Positions 50,857 through 60,628 of a stretch of 64,000 nucleotides of DNA are shown here, in pieces. The notes beneath the pieces were generated by a model, which worked only from the letters and a program-made list of their open reading frames with translations, made no database searches and had not been told where the DNA came from. Both the position numbers and the translations under genes were made by a program. The stretch is taken from contig OY762069.1 in the NCBI GenBank assembly GCA_963665095.1, positions 4,192,001 to 4,256,000 on the forward strand, given 5' to 3'. This DNA comes from an uncultured Desulfobacter sp. Its GTDB lineage: Bacteria > Desulfobacterota > Desulfobacteria > Desulfobacterales > Desulfobacteraceae. Position 1 is the stretch's first letter. Each line of letters starts with the position of its first letter.

Positions 50857-50995
50857 GAAGTTATTCTGCCTTTTTATTGTTTACATGCTAATCAATCAAT
50901 TCAATATAGTTAGCCTGCCCTTTTTTGTCAAGGCACACTGCGGGCTCAACATCCCATGAATTTTTCAAATTTCAAACTCAATCTGTCAAAATGTC

Positions 50996-51025
50996 TTGAC
51001 AACTTAACAAATCATTTTATACAAT
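50996..51025 (+). promoter_or_regulatory. Sigma70-type promoter for gntR-trpBA
   Basis: TTGACA-N18-TACAAT. The -35 is part of the palindrome TGTCAA-N6-TTGACA (50984-51001). Confidence 0.55.
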
Positions 51026-51057
51026 CCCGCCAGAATTAATTTAACCTAAGGTCGGAC

Positions 51058-51786
51058 ATGCTGAACCCAGACTCACCCATCCCCTTGTACCACCAGCTTG
51101 CGGAACTGTTTCAGACCCGTATCCGGGAAGGGGTCTACGGACCCGGTCAGATGATTCCTTCGGAAACAGGTCTGGCAAAAACATTCGGTGTGGGCAGGCC
51201 CACAGTGCGTCAGGCCATGGATCTGCTGGTACAAAAAGGGCTTATCCAGAGGAAACGTGGATCCGGGACCTTTGTCAGGGAGCCCTCTCCGCAAATTGAT
51301 CTATTCTCTCTGGCCGGCACCTCAAAGGCTTTTTCAACCAGGGGTGTTCCCATTCAAAAAAAAATCACTGCCTCCTTAAAAAAGGATACCATTGAGGGCG
51401 ATGTGTCCAATCCCTTTCACGGGAAGCCGGCCTTTGCCATGTCCCGCCTGACCATGGCCCAGAATGAGCCGGTTCTGCTGGAAGATATTTTTCTGGATCC
51501 GGACTTGTTTGCGGGCATTGACAATATGGATCTGGAAAACCAGTCCCTGTCCCAGGTGGTGGCGGAGCGGTTTTACCTCACGCCCACCGACGGTACCCAG
51601 CAGTTCCAGGTGGAAGTGTTAGGGGAAAAACGGGCGCAGCTTCTTGGCTTGTCCGCCCTTGATCCCATCCTGGTGGTCCGGCGGCTTCTTAATTTTCCCA
51701 ATGCCCCCGGGGCAGTCTATTCCGTGCTTTTCTGCCGGACAGACCGATTTGCCTTTACCCAGACGATCCAGAATCAAAAACAGTAG
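51058..51786 (+). CDS. GntR family regulator (HutC/UTRA type)
   Basis: PLYHQL, IPSE, GVGRPTVRQA and RGSGTFV motifs plus a UTRA-like C-terminus. Confidence 0.93.
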   Translation: MLNPDSPIPLYHQLAELFQTRIREGVYGPGQMIPSETGLAKTFGVGRPTVRQAMDLLVQKGLIQRKRGSGTFVREPSPQIDLFSLAGTSKAFSTRGVPIQKKITASLKKDTIEGDVSNPFHGKPAFAMSRLTMAQNEPVLLEDIFLDPDLFAGIDNMDLENQSLSQVVAERFYLTPTDGTQQFQVEVLGEKRAQLLGLSALDPILVVRRLLNFPNAPGAVYSVLFCRTDRFAFTQTIQNQKQ

Positions 51787-51834
51787 CGATATGAACAAAA
51801 AATTTTTTAGACGCCATCTTATGGAGGCACAGAT

Positions 51835-53064
51835 ATGAAACACCGTGGATATTACGGCCCCTTTGGCGGGGCTTTTTTGCCGGAAATCCTTGTGGCCACC
51901 TTTGACGAACTGGACGACCGGTTCAGGCAGGCCAAAGAAGACAAACGTTTCTGGCAGGATTACGAAACTTTGATGGCAACCTACTCCTGTCGCCCGACCC
52001 CCCTGACCTATGCTGAAAATCTCACCCGGCATTTCGGCGGGGCAAAGATCTATATCAAACGCGAAGACCTCAACCACACAGGCGCCCATAAGGCCAACAA
52101 TGTCATGGGCCAGGGGCTTTTAGTCAAAAAGATGGGCAAAAAAAGGGTGATTGCGGAAACAGGCGCCGGCCAGCACGGCGTGGCCACAGCCACCATGGCC
52201 GCCAAGTTCGGGTTTGACTGTACCATTTATATGGGTGAGGTGGATGTACTGCGCCAGAGGCCCAATGTATTCTGGATGGAGCAGCTTGGTGCCACCGTGG
52301 TGCCGGTCACCGACGGTACCCGGATTTTGAAGGATGCCATCAACGAAGCGTTCAGGGACTGGGTCACCAATATGGACACCACTCATTATGTCCTTGGCAC
52401 TGCCTGCGGGCCTCATCCTTTTCCGGAAATGGTCTCCTGGTTCCAGTCCATCATCGGCAAAGAGGCCCGGGCGCAGATGATGCAAGCCGAAGGCCGGCTG
52501 CCGTCAAAAGTCTTTGCCTGTGTAGGCGGAGGTTCCAACGCAATGGGGCTTTTCCAGGGATTTATGGAGGACCCGGTGGAGCTTGTGGGTGTGGAGGCTG
52601 GTGGGGAAGGCATTGCATCTGGCCGCCACGCATCACGTCTTTGCTCTGACGACGCCAGTCCCGGCATTGCCCAGGGCTATAAAACCTATTTTCTGCAAAA
52701 CAGTGACGGCCAGATGAAGGAGACCCACTCCATCTCCGCGGGCCTGGATTACGTAGGCGTTTCCCCCATCCTTGCCAATATGCGCGATGTTGGAAAGGCC
52801 CGGTTTGAATATGCCACAGACACCGAAGTCGTGGAGGCGCTCAAGCTGACCATGCAGATGGAAGGCATTATTCCGGCCCTGGAATCCTCCCATGCCTTTG
52901 CCGGCGCCTTCAGGGAGGTCCCCAACATGTTAAAAGACGACATCATCATCATCAACCAGTCCGGCCGGGGAGATAAAGACATCTTCACCGTGGCCGATGC
53001 CATTGGCGATCCCAAGTGGAAAGAGTTTATCTGTTCTAAAGCAGGAGAATATCAAAATGACTGA
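51835..53064 (+). CDS. trpB: Tryptophan synthase beta chain
   Basis: KREDLNHTGAHK, ETGAGQHG, GGGSNA, HSISAGLDY and SGRGDKD motifs. Confidence 0.98.
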   Translation: MKHRGYYGPFGGAFLPEILVATFDELDDRFRQAKEDKRFWQDYETLMATYSCRPTPLTYAENLTRHFGGAKIYIKREDLNHTGAHKANNVMGQGLLVKKMGKKRVIAETGAGQHGVATATMAAKFGFDCTIYMGEVDVLRQRPNVFWMEQLGATVVPVTDGTRILKDAINEAFRDWVTNMDTTHYVLGTACGPHPFPEMVSWFQSIIGKEARAQMMQAEGRLPSKVFACVGGGSNAMGLFQGFMEDPVELVGVEAGGEGIASGRHASRLCSDDASPGIAQGYKTYFLQNSDGQMKETHSISAGLDYVGVSPILANMRDVGKARFEYATDTEVVEALKLTMQMEGIIPALESSHAFAGAFREVPNMLKDDIIIINQSGRGDKDIFTVADAIGDPKWKEFICSKAGEYQND

Positions 53065-53857
53065 AACATGCACACCGACTTTACCCACTGCTTTCCTGGA
53101 AACCTACATCAGGGGACAGCGGAAGAATAAAAAAATTCTGTTGATGACCCATATTGTCATGGGGTATCCCTCCTTTGAGGCCTCCTTTGAAATTGTCCGG
53201 CAGATGGTGGCGGCGGGTGTGGATCTCATGGAGCTGCAGATTCCATTCTCGGAACCTATGGCAGACGGCCCTGTGATCCTTAAGGCCAACCAGGCCGCCC
53301 TTGACACCGGGGCCACCGTTGAAAAATGCTTTGAGTTTGCCAGGAAAGCTGCAGACAGCTTTAATATTCCGTTTCTCTTCATGACCTATGGCAACATTCT
53401 GTATAAACACGGGATGGATGGCTTTGCCTCCCGGATGGCGGAGATCGGGATAAAAGGGGCCATTGTCCCGGACCTGCCTCCGGAAGAAGCTGGTGATTAC
53501 CTTTCCGCCATGAAGGCCCACCAACTCAGCCCGGTTTTTATCTTTTCTCCGGAGACCTCAAACCAGCGCATGCAGATGATTGATACCCATGCCTCCGGAT
53601 TTATCTACTGTCTGGCAAGAAAAGGGGTGACAGGGAAAGACACACAATTTTCATCGGACATGGGAACCTATCTTACCCGGTGTCAAAAACATACCCGCCT
53701 GCCCACAGCAGTAGGCTTCGGGGTGAAGGAAAAAGCCGACATTGATTTCCTTGTGGGAAAATCCGACATTGCCGTGGTGGGTTCCCAGACCATCCGGGAG
53801 GTGGAGCAAAAGGGGGTTAATGCCACAGGTCCCTTTATCCGAAGCCTGTGTGTGTGA
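53057..53857 (+). CDS. trpA: Tryptophan synthase alpha chain
   Basis: PFSEPMADGPVI, PDLPPEE, GVTG, VGFG and VVGS motifs. Confidence 0.97.
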   Translation: MTETCTPTLPTAFLETYIRGQRKNKKILLMTHIVMGYPSFEASFEIVRQMVAAGVDLMELQIPFSEPMADGPVILKANQAALDTGATVEKCFEFARKAADSFNIPFLFMTYGNILYKHGMDGFASRMAEIGIKGAIVPDLPPEEAGDYLSAMKAHQLSPVFIFSPETSNQRMQMIDTHASGFIYCLARKGVTGKDTQFSSDMGTYLTRCQKHTRLPTAVGFGVKEKADIDFLVGKSDIAVVGSQTIREVEQKGVNATGPFIRSLCV

Positions 53858-54003
53858 GAGGCGTATTGTGATTGATTTGCAAGCAGAAGGCAGAATCAAC
53901 CTTTTTAACCATGAATGTGCTTGGCTGCGGCACCCTTTGGCATGCAAACGAAACACTGACAAAGGAGTTGACAGGGTTGGGCGGTGCTAAACACTGTCAC
54001 ACA

Positions 54004-54430
54004 TTATTGAATAAACTTGACGTGCTCCAAAACTGTATCCGGGATATTGATGCGTAGCCGTTTCGAAGTCGTCTCATTGATCAATAATACTGACGGATTT
54101 TTTTGAACAGGAATAGACCCCAGGCTTTCACCTTTGCGGTGGCGGTCAATGATACGGGCGGCGCTTTTTCCAGAGGCATAGTAGTCAAACCTCGTTGCCA
54201 TGAATATGCCGCCCTTTACCATATTCATACTCGGGCCAACACTCGGAATTTTCGCTTGGGTCAAATACCGGGCAATGAGTTCAGCCTGAGAGCCCAAAAA
54301 GCTGTCCGGCGGTAAAAAAACAATATCAATATCGCTTGACGCTTCCGTAATTTTTTTCAAATTGGTTTATAGTATTTCAACCGTTGGCGTGCGAACATCA
54401 ATCACATTAATTCCCCTGTCTTTGGCAATT
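54004..54430 (-). pseudogene. 3' fragment of an ABC_sub_bind-type substrate-binding protein
   Basis: Reads IAKDRGINVIDVRTPTVEIL-stop(54367-54369)-TNLKK..PPDSF..GKSAARIID..IPV..LLIN..INIP. The 5' part is replaced by the intron fragment. Confidence 0.7.
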
Positions 54431-54713
54431 ACCCCGGTGGATCGAAACGAGTGGATCGGTTACATCCCCGTTCCGCTTCGGCCTTCCCCGAATATAGGGC
54501 GGGTCGGCATCCACGACTGCCCTTTCGAGGCCTGCTCAAGGTTCACTCACGTTGCGGCCTGCCAGGTTGCAAAAGCCCTATAGGCTTACATCTGTCCCCA
54601 GAGCTTCAGCAGGAAGGTCTCCCTATCCCACTGTCTGGGTCGCTACCGGGATGAACCGAAAATTTCCCGGGCGGAACTTTCATCCGCGGGTATCCTGCGC
54701 CCTCGTGGCGCAT
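54428..54713 (-). mobile_element. 5' fragment (most of domain I) of a group II intron
   Basis: 286 nt colinear without indels with 3749-4034 (23 mismatches by hand count, about 92% identical). Starts ATGCG. EBS1 CTATAT pairs with flank ATATAG. Confidence 0.88.
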
Positions 54714-55156
54714 CTATATGTTGTGGCGTCAGGAGTCAAGTGCATAGCCCCGTTATTTTTTTTATATAACCCCCCAGTAATTATACCCAATTGATTTATA
54801 AAACACTTTACACAGACCACGCATCTCCTGGCCGGTATGCAGCAGCAATGGGGACTAACTTTCCTGATCAATAACAAGCCCCCCCGATTGACTTCCGCAC
54901 GGATATAAATATATCTATCAGGGATAGACATTTCCGTTTTATTTCAGGGTTAGTACCTGCTTTAACGCACGATTCCAGCCGAACCCGTATAAAAGTATCC
55001 TCTTAAATCATCTGTCATATTTCCATTTGATTAAAAAACCTCAGCGCCTTGATTCCTGATCCGGATTAGGGTTTTATGTACAAATAAACCGTTTGATCTG
55101 GTATAAGAATTGACATCTGAAACTTGAGGCTTGAAAAGTCATAAAGGAAGCGCACC

Positions 55157-56296
55157 ATGAATGTGGATGGAAAACAGATGCGGCCCATCTGGTTTGATAA
55201 TGAAAGTGAAACCGTCAAGGTCATAGACCAGAGGCGGCTCCCCCATGAACTGATTGTGGAAGACCTGACCACCAATGACCTGGTGATCCACGCAATTAAG
55301 GAGATGTATGTCAGGGGCGCCCCGCTCATTGGTGCCACAGGGGCATTAGGGGTTTATGTCATCCTGGTGCAGGAAGGCAATAACGGCGCAGATGACAACT
55401 GGTTTAAGGCCGAGTGTACACGGCTTCGGGATGCCCGTCCTACGGCCACCAATCTTGCCTGGGGTGTGGACCGGGTCATGGCAAAGGCGCTTGCTGAATC
55501 AGAATATGACGCCCGGGTGGCAGCCGCATTGAAAGAGGCCCTGGAGATTGTGGAAGAGGAGGCTGTAAACTGCGAAAAAATTGGTGAATACGGTCTTTCC
55601 ATCATCAAAGAGATCGCAGAAAAAAAGAAGGGACAGGCGGTCAACATCCTGACCCACTGCAATGCAGGCTGGCTGGCCTGCATTGAGTACGGAACCGCCA
55701 CAGCGCCGATGTACACGGCCTTTGATGCAGGCATCGACATTCATGTGTGGGTGGATGAGACACGCCCCTTGAACCAGGGCTCACGGCTGACGGCCTGGGA
55801 GCTTGGCAAGCACGGCATTAAACACACCGTAATCACGGACAATGCCGGCGGCCATCTCATGCAGCACGGCATGGTGGATCTGGTCATCGTGGGCACGGAC
55901 CGCACCACCCGGGCAGGAGATGTGGCCAATAAAATCGGCACCTATCTTAAGGCCCTTGCCGCCCGGGACAACAATGTGCCCTTTTACGTGGCACTGCCCT
56001 CCTCCACCTTTGACTGGACCATCACCGACGGTGTAAAAGATATTCCCATTGAGGAGCGCAATCCCGATGAAATCAGATATGTGCAGGGGCTTTGCAAGGG
56101 AAAAATCACCTCGGTGCTGGTGCCGCCTGAAGACAGTCCTGCTGCCAACCATGCATTTGATGTGACACCGGCACGCCTTGTTACCGGATTCATCACGGAG
56201 AGAGGCTGTTGCGAGGCCAGTGAAGACGCCATTATGGCGCTGTTTCCGGAAAAAAACCCGGTAAATATTAAAAACGGTCAAAATATAAGGTTTTAA
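55157..56296 (+). CDS. mtnA: S-methyl-5-thioribose-1-phosphate isomerase
   Basis: IDQRRLP, VRGAP, RPTA, LTHCNAG, DETRP..QGSRLTAWE and ANKIGTY motifs. Confidence 0.96.
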   Translation: MNVDGKQMRPIWFDNESETVKVIDQRRLPHELIVEDLTTNDLVIHAIKEMYVRGAPLIGATGALGVYVILVQEGNNGADDNWFKAECTRLRDARPTATNLAWGVDRVMAKALAESEYDARVAAALKEALEIVEEEAVNCEKIGEYGLSIIKEIAEKKKGQAVNILTHCNAGWLACIEYGTATAPMYTAFDAGIDIHVWVDETRPLNQGSRLTAWELGKHGIKHTVITDNAGGHLMQHGMVDLVIVGTDRTTRAGDVANKIGTYLKALAARDNNVPFYVALPSSTFDWTITDGVKDIPIEERNPDEIRYVQGLCKGKITSVLVPPEDSPAANHAFDVTPARLVTGFITERGCCEASEDAIMALFPEKNPVNIKNGQNIRF

Positions 56297-56304
56297 ATTT
56301 TTCT

Positions 56305-56784
56305 ATGACAGCATCCCTTACCGACCTTGAAAAAAAAGTAATTGCCCTGCTGCAGACCGACATCCCGGTCTGCAGACGGCCCTACCTTGAAATGGCCGAG
56401 CGCATCGGCATCACTGAAGAAGAATTTATAAAAATCCTTTCCGGTCTCAATGACCGAAACATGATCAGGCGATTCGGAGCCACGCTCAAACACCAGAAAT
56501 CAGGGTTTAAGGCCAATGCCATGGTGGCCTGGAAGGTGCCGGAAGAGCGGGTGGAGGAGGTAGGAAACATCATGGCCTCCTTCCACGAGATCACCCATTG
56601 TTACCGCCGCAACCCTGCACCGGGATGGGACAGAAACCTTTACACCATGGTGCACGGCGCCTCGGAGGAGGAGTGCTTTGCCATTGCGGCAAAGGTGTCC
56701 GAAGCCACAGGTGAAACAGATTATAACCTGCTGTTTTCCCGGCGGGAGCTGAAGAAAACCTCCATGCAGTATTTTGAAGACTGA
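56305..56784 (+). CDS. ahbB: Siroheme decarboxylase subunit (AhbB/NirH-like, Lrp fold)
   Basis: IRRFGATLKHQKSG..ANAMVAW, THCYRR, NLYTMVH and ELKKTSM motifs. Confidence 0.88.
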   Translation: MTASLTDLEKKVIALLQTDIPVCRRPYLEMAERIGITEEEFIKILSGLNDRNMIRRFGATLKHQKSGFKANAMVAWKVPEERVEEVGNIMASFHEITHCYRRNPAPGWDRNLYTMVHGASEEECFAIAAKVSEATGETDYNLLFSRRELKKTSMQYFED

Positions 56785-58120
56785 TCCACCCCACATCCTC
56801 TGCGTCAACCCCTGGGTCCATGATTTTGCCGCCTTTGATTTCTGGGCCCGGCCCTTAGGGCTGTTCACCATTGCCGCCATTCTGCGGCAAAACCGGGTCC
56901 GGGTATCGTTTCTTGACTGCATGAACCGGTTTCATCCCAGGAAAACAGGGGCGGTCAAAGTTTACTGGGACGGCCGGGGTCCCTTTGAAAAAACACCCAT
57001 CCCTTTGCCCGGGGTGCTTGAAACATATCTGGGGCACATCAACAAAAAATTCACCCGGTACGGGGCATTAAAAGAGTGGATCGAACAGGACCTTCTGGCC
57101 ATGGATCGGCCTGACCTGATCCTGGTTACCTCCCTTATGACGTACTGGGCCACGGGCGTTGCTGAAACCATTGCCCTGCTTAAAGAAATTTTCCCGGATG
57201 TGCCCTTAGTGCTAGGCGGCATCTATGCAAGCCTGTGTGAAGACCATGCCCGGCAATTTTCAGGGGCGGACCAGGTCATCACAGGACCTGCAGAGCCAAT
57301 ACTTGCCAAACTTGTCAAAAGCCATACCGGTTTTTCTCTGGAGCAGATGCCCGATCCTGCCAATCTTGACACTGCACCATATGCCGCCCTGGATCTTCAG
57401 CAGGCCATACCCTATGCACCCATCCTCACCTCCCGGGGATGTCCCTTCTCTTGCGAATACTGTGCATCTTCCTTTCTGGAACCTGAGTTGCGCAGGCGCT
57501 CGCCGGACAATGTGTTCGAAGAAATCTGCCACTGGCACAACCGCTTTGGTGTGAAAAACTTTGCCTTTTATGACGATGCCCTGCTGATCACACCTGAAAA
57601 GTACGCATTTCCACTGCTTGAACGCCTCATCCGGCAAAACATGGATCTCTTTTTCCATACCCCCAATGCCCTGCATATCAGGGAAATCTCTGCCAAGGCA
57701 GCTGACCTGATGTTCAGGGTCGGGTTTAAAACCATCCGTTTAGGCCTTGAAACCGCAGACTTTTCCGACCACCGCCATGATATCAAGGTCAAGGAGAATG
57801 AATTCCTGACCGCTGTGGACCATCTGCGCCGGGCAGGGTTTACAACGGATCAGTTGGGCGCCTATCTTTTATGCGGGCTGCCGGACCAGAACCTTGATGA
57901 AGTACAGACTTCCATTAATCTGGTGAAACGCCTGGGCATCACACCGGTTCTGGCCTACTACACCCCCATCCCCCACACGCCCATGTGGGAGGATGCCTTA
58001 AAAAATGCGCGCATAGATATCACTGTCCACCCGGCGTTGACCAACAACAGCCTGTTCCCCTGTGTCCGCTCGCAACAGGACCTGGATCGTATTTCCCAAT
58101 TGAAAAAGATGCTTAAATAA
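56774..58120 (+). CDS. B12-binding-domain radical SAM protein
   Basis: PLGL, LGGIYAS, TSRGCPFSCEYCAS and FYDD motifs. Confidence 0.92.
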   Translation: MKTDPPHILCVNPWVHDFAAFDFWARPLGLFTIAAILRQNRVRVSFLDCMNRFHPRKTGAVKVYWDGRGPFEKTPIPLPGVLETYLGHINKKFTRYGALKEWIEQDLLAMDRPDLILVTSLMTYWATGVAETIALLKEIFPDVPLVLGGIYASLCEDHARQFSGADQVITGPAEPILAKLVKSHTGFSLEQMPDPANLDTAPYAALDLQQAIPYAPILTSRGCPFSCEYCASSFLEPELRRRSPDNVFEEICHWHNRFGVKNFAFYDDALLITPEKYAFPLLERLIRQNMDLFFHTPNALHIREISAKAADLMFRVGFKTIRLGLETADFSDHRHDIKVKENEFLTAVDHLRRAGFTTDQLGAYLLCGLPDQNLDEVQTSINLVKRLGITPVLAYYTPIPHTPMWEDALKNARIDITVHPALTNNSLFPCVRSQQDLDRISQLKKMLK

Positions 58121-58231
58121 CGTATACCCCATACATTTATGGAAGCAATATTATTCTTTTGTTTCCCGGCGTTGCGGACACATTCACTTTTTTTTACCGG
58201 CATGCAGCACAAGGATTAAGAAAGAGCCGAG

Positions 58232-58681
58232 ATGATTGTATTTGATCTGGAATGTATAAACGGCCATGTTTTTGAAGGCTGGTTTGATGACCGGGAGGAC
58301 CTGGATCGCCAACAGGCCCAGGGCCTTTTGCAGTGTCCGGTGTGCGAAAGCCCGTCCGTGACGCCAAAGCTGTCCGCCATAGCCATCCGGAAGTCTTCTT
58401 CCCAGAGCCAGGGCCAGGCAATGGCCAACCAGGCCCATTTGAACGCCCAGCTGGAAGCCATGGCGGAGTTTACTGAAAAAGTAACCCAATACGTTGAAAA
58501 AAATTACGAGGACGTAGGCTCCTCCTTTGCCAAGCAAGCTCTGGAAATGCACTACGGAACCAAGGATTTTAAACAAATCCGGGGCACCACCACCAAAGAA
58601 GAGGAAAAGACCCTGGCAAAAGAGGGCGTTCCGGTATTTAAGATCCCCACGCAGAAAAAAGGCAACGAAGACCTTAACTAA
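58232..58681 (+). CDS. DUF1178 family protein
   Basis: MIVFDLECINGHVFEGWF, CPVC and MHYG..IRG motifs. Confidence 0.9.
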   Translation: MIVFDLECINGHVFEGWFDDREDLDRQQAQGLLQCPVCESPSVTPKLSAIAIRKSSSQSQGQAMANQAHLNAQLEAMAEFTEKVTQYVEKNYEDVGSSFAKQALEMHYGTKDFKQIRGTTTKEEEKTLAKEGVPVFKIPTQKKGNEDLN

Positions 58682-58805
58682 TGTAAATAAATTGCATCGT
58701 ATTTTCTTGCTTCACCTTGTCACACACCGGACACCTTTCGCATAAAAAGCCTATAAACTAAAAAATCATCTAAAACTTCAAATAAGCTCTTGTCTTTTTC
58801 ATAAA

Positions 58806-58822
58806 ATGCAATAGATTTGCAT
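58806..58822. promoter_or_regulatory. Putative Zur box
   Basis: ATGCAA-TAGAT-TTGCAT palindrome upstream of znuA. A Fur-family gene lies in the same operon. Confidence 0.75.
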
Positions 58823-58883
58823 CAGTAGTTTTCATAACCCGGCATTGATCATTTTGATAAAAACGGTATTAAAGGAGTTAGAT

Positions 58884-59825
58884 ATGAAAAGGTTTATTAA
58901 ACTTGTTGCTTTGTTTTCCATGAGTTTTATTTTTTGTGGCCCGGCGGCCTGGGCCGGCAACCCGGTCCCGGTATTTGTCAGCATTGTGCCCCAGCAGTTT
59001 TTTGTGCAACAAATTGGCAAGGACAAGGTGGATGTTTCTATCATGGTTCAACCCGGTGCAAGTCCGGCCACTTATGAACCAAAACCCGCACAAATGGCTA
59101 AAATATCTGAAACAGAAATTTATTTTTCCATTGGCGTGCCCTTTGAAAAATTCTGGCTGGACAAAATTGCATCGGCCAATCCGGCCATGACAGTGGTTCA
59201 TACTGAAGAAGGCATCAAAAAACAACCCATGGCTGCGCACCACCACGATGAGGGTGAAGATCATGACCACGACAAAACAGGACACAATGAAACCCATCAT
59301 GATGGCGCCGATCACGCAGAAGAGGGCCATGGACATGGCGCTCTTGACCCCCATATATGGCTCTCCCCGAAACTGGTGATGGCCCAGGCGGAAAATATCC
59401 TTAAAGGGCTTGTGGCCAAGGATCCTGCAAACAAAGATTTCTATACGGCCAACTACAAGACCTTTATCAGCGATATTGAAGCCCTTGACCAGGATCTGAC
59501 CGGAATGTTAAAGGATAATGCCGGCATGCAGTTTATGGTATTCCACCCGGCGTGGGGTTATTTTGCAAGAGATTACCATCTTAAAATGATCCCCATTGAA
59601 ATAGAAGGCAAGGATCCGAAACCTGCAAAGCTTCAGGCACTGATCCAGCATGCCAGGAACGAAGGGATCAAGGTCATTTTTGTTCAGCCCCAGTTTTCCA
59701 CCAAAAGTGCCAAGCTTGTGGCAAAGGAGATCAACGGCCAGGTTATGCCGGCCAATCCCCTGGCACTGGACTGGCTGGACAACATGAAAAAAATGGCCGC
59801 CCAATTCAAGGAGGCACTCAAATAG
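58884..59825 (+). CDS. znuA: Zinc ABC transporter substrate-binding protein
   Basis: Signal peptide, PGASPATYEP, His-rich loop, DPHIWLSP and FHPAWGYF. Confidence 0.92.
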   Translation: MKRFIKLVALFSMSFIFCGPAAWAGNPVPVFVSIVPQQFFVQQIGKDKVDVSIMVQPGASPATYEPKPAQMAKISETEIYFSIGVPFEKFWLDKIASANPAMTVVHTEEGIKKQPMAAHHHDEGEDHDHDKTGHNETHHDGADHAEEGHGHGALDPHIWLSPKLVMAQAENILKGLVAKDPANKDFYTANYKTFISDIEALDQDLTGMLKDNAGMQFMVFHPAWGYFARDYHLKMIPIEIEGKDPKPAKLQALIQHARNEGIKVIFVQPQFSTKSAKLVAKEINGQVMPANPLALDWLDNMKKMAAQFKEALK

Positions 59826-60628
59826 ACCAGACCAACGACAAGGCCCTGATCACCATCGAGGATGTGGAGTTTTCATACAACGGACAACCCGTTCTTTCCG
59901 ACATCAACCTGACCATCAGGGAACATGATTTTATGGCCATCATCGGCCCCAACGGCGGAGGCAAAACCACTTTGCTCAAGCTGATCCTGGGGCTGTTGAA
60001 ACCTGACAAAGGTAAAATCCGGGTGTTGGGGGAGCGCCCTGGCAAACAGACCTATGCCCTGGGTTATGTGCCCCAGAATGTCCTCATTAATGAGCATTTC
60101 CCCATCACCGCCCTGGATGTGGCGCTCATGGGATGCCTGGGCGGCGCCGGACCGGCAGCAAAATTTTCAGGGAATAAAAAAGAGTGCGAAAGACAGGCCG
60201 TGGGCACCCTGGAACGCCTGGGCATGGCCGGCTACGCCCGCCGGAAAATAGGCGAACTCTCCGGCGGGCAGCGCCAGCGGGTCTTCATTGCCCGGGCACT
60301 GATGGCCCATCCCCGCCTGTTACTTTTAGATGAACCCACAGCCAGCATTGACACCAAAGGCCAGGCCGAATTTTTAAAAATGCTTGAAACCCTGAACAGC
60401 GATGTGGCCATTTTAGTGGTGACCCATGATCTGTTTTCCCTGGCAAGATATGTCAAATCCGTGGCCTGTGTGAACCACGGGCTTCACTTCCACTGCAATG
60501 AAAAATTCGGAGACACTAACCTTGAGTCTGTGTATCAGCCACCGCTGGAGGACGTCTGCCAGGTTCAGTTACTGGCAAAAGGAATGGCAGACCCCATGAG
60601 CACAGGAGGTCATCATGGAAATTCTTAA
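59822..60628 (+). CDS. znuC: Zinc ABC transporter ATP-binding protein (probable ATA start at 59822, otherwise GTG at 59864)
   Basis: GPNGGGKTT, LSGGQRQR, LLLDEPT and VTHD motifs. Confidence 0.92.
   Translation: MDQTNDKALITIEDVEFSYNGQPVLSDINLTIREHDFMAIIGPNGGGKTTLLKLILGLLKPDKGKIRVLGERPGKQTYALGYVPQNVLINEHFPITALDVALMGCLGGAGPAAKFSGNKKECERQAVGTLERLGMAGYARRKIGELSGGQRQRVFIARALMAHPRLLLLDEPTASIDTKGQAEFLKMLETLNSDVAILVVTHDLFSLARYVKSVACVNHGLHFHCNEKFGDTNLESVYQPPLEDVCQVQLLAKGMADPMSTGGHHGNS

Noticed and set aside
54680..54931. 83-aa Cys-rich ORF running into the intron fragment
   Set aside because: No recognisable motif, and it spans AT-rich promoter-like DNA.
59238..59340. His/Asp-rich repetitive stretch
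   Set aside because: Normal ZnuA His-rich loop.
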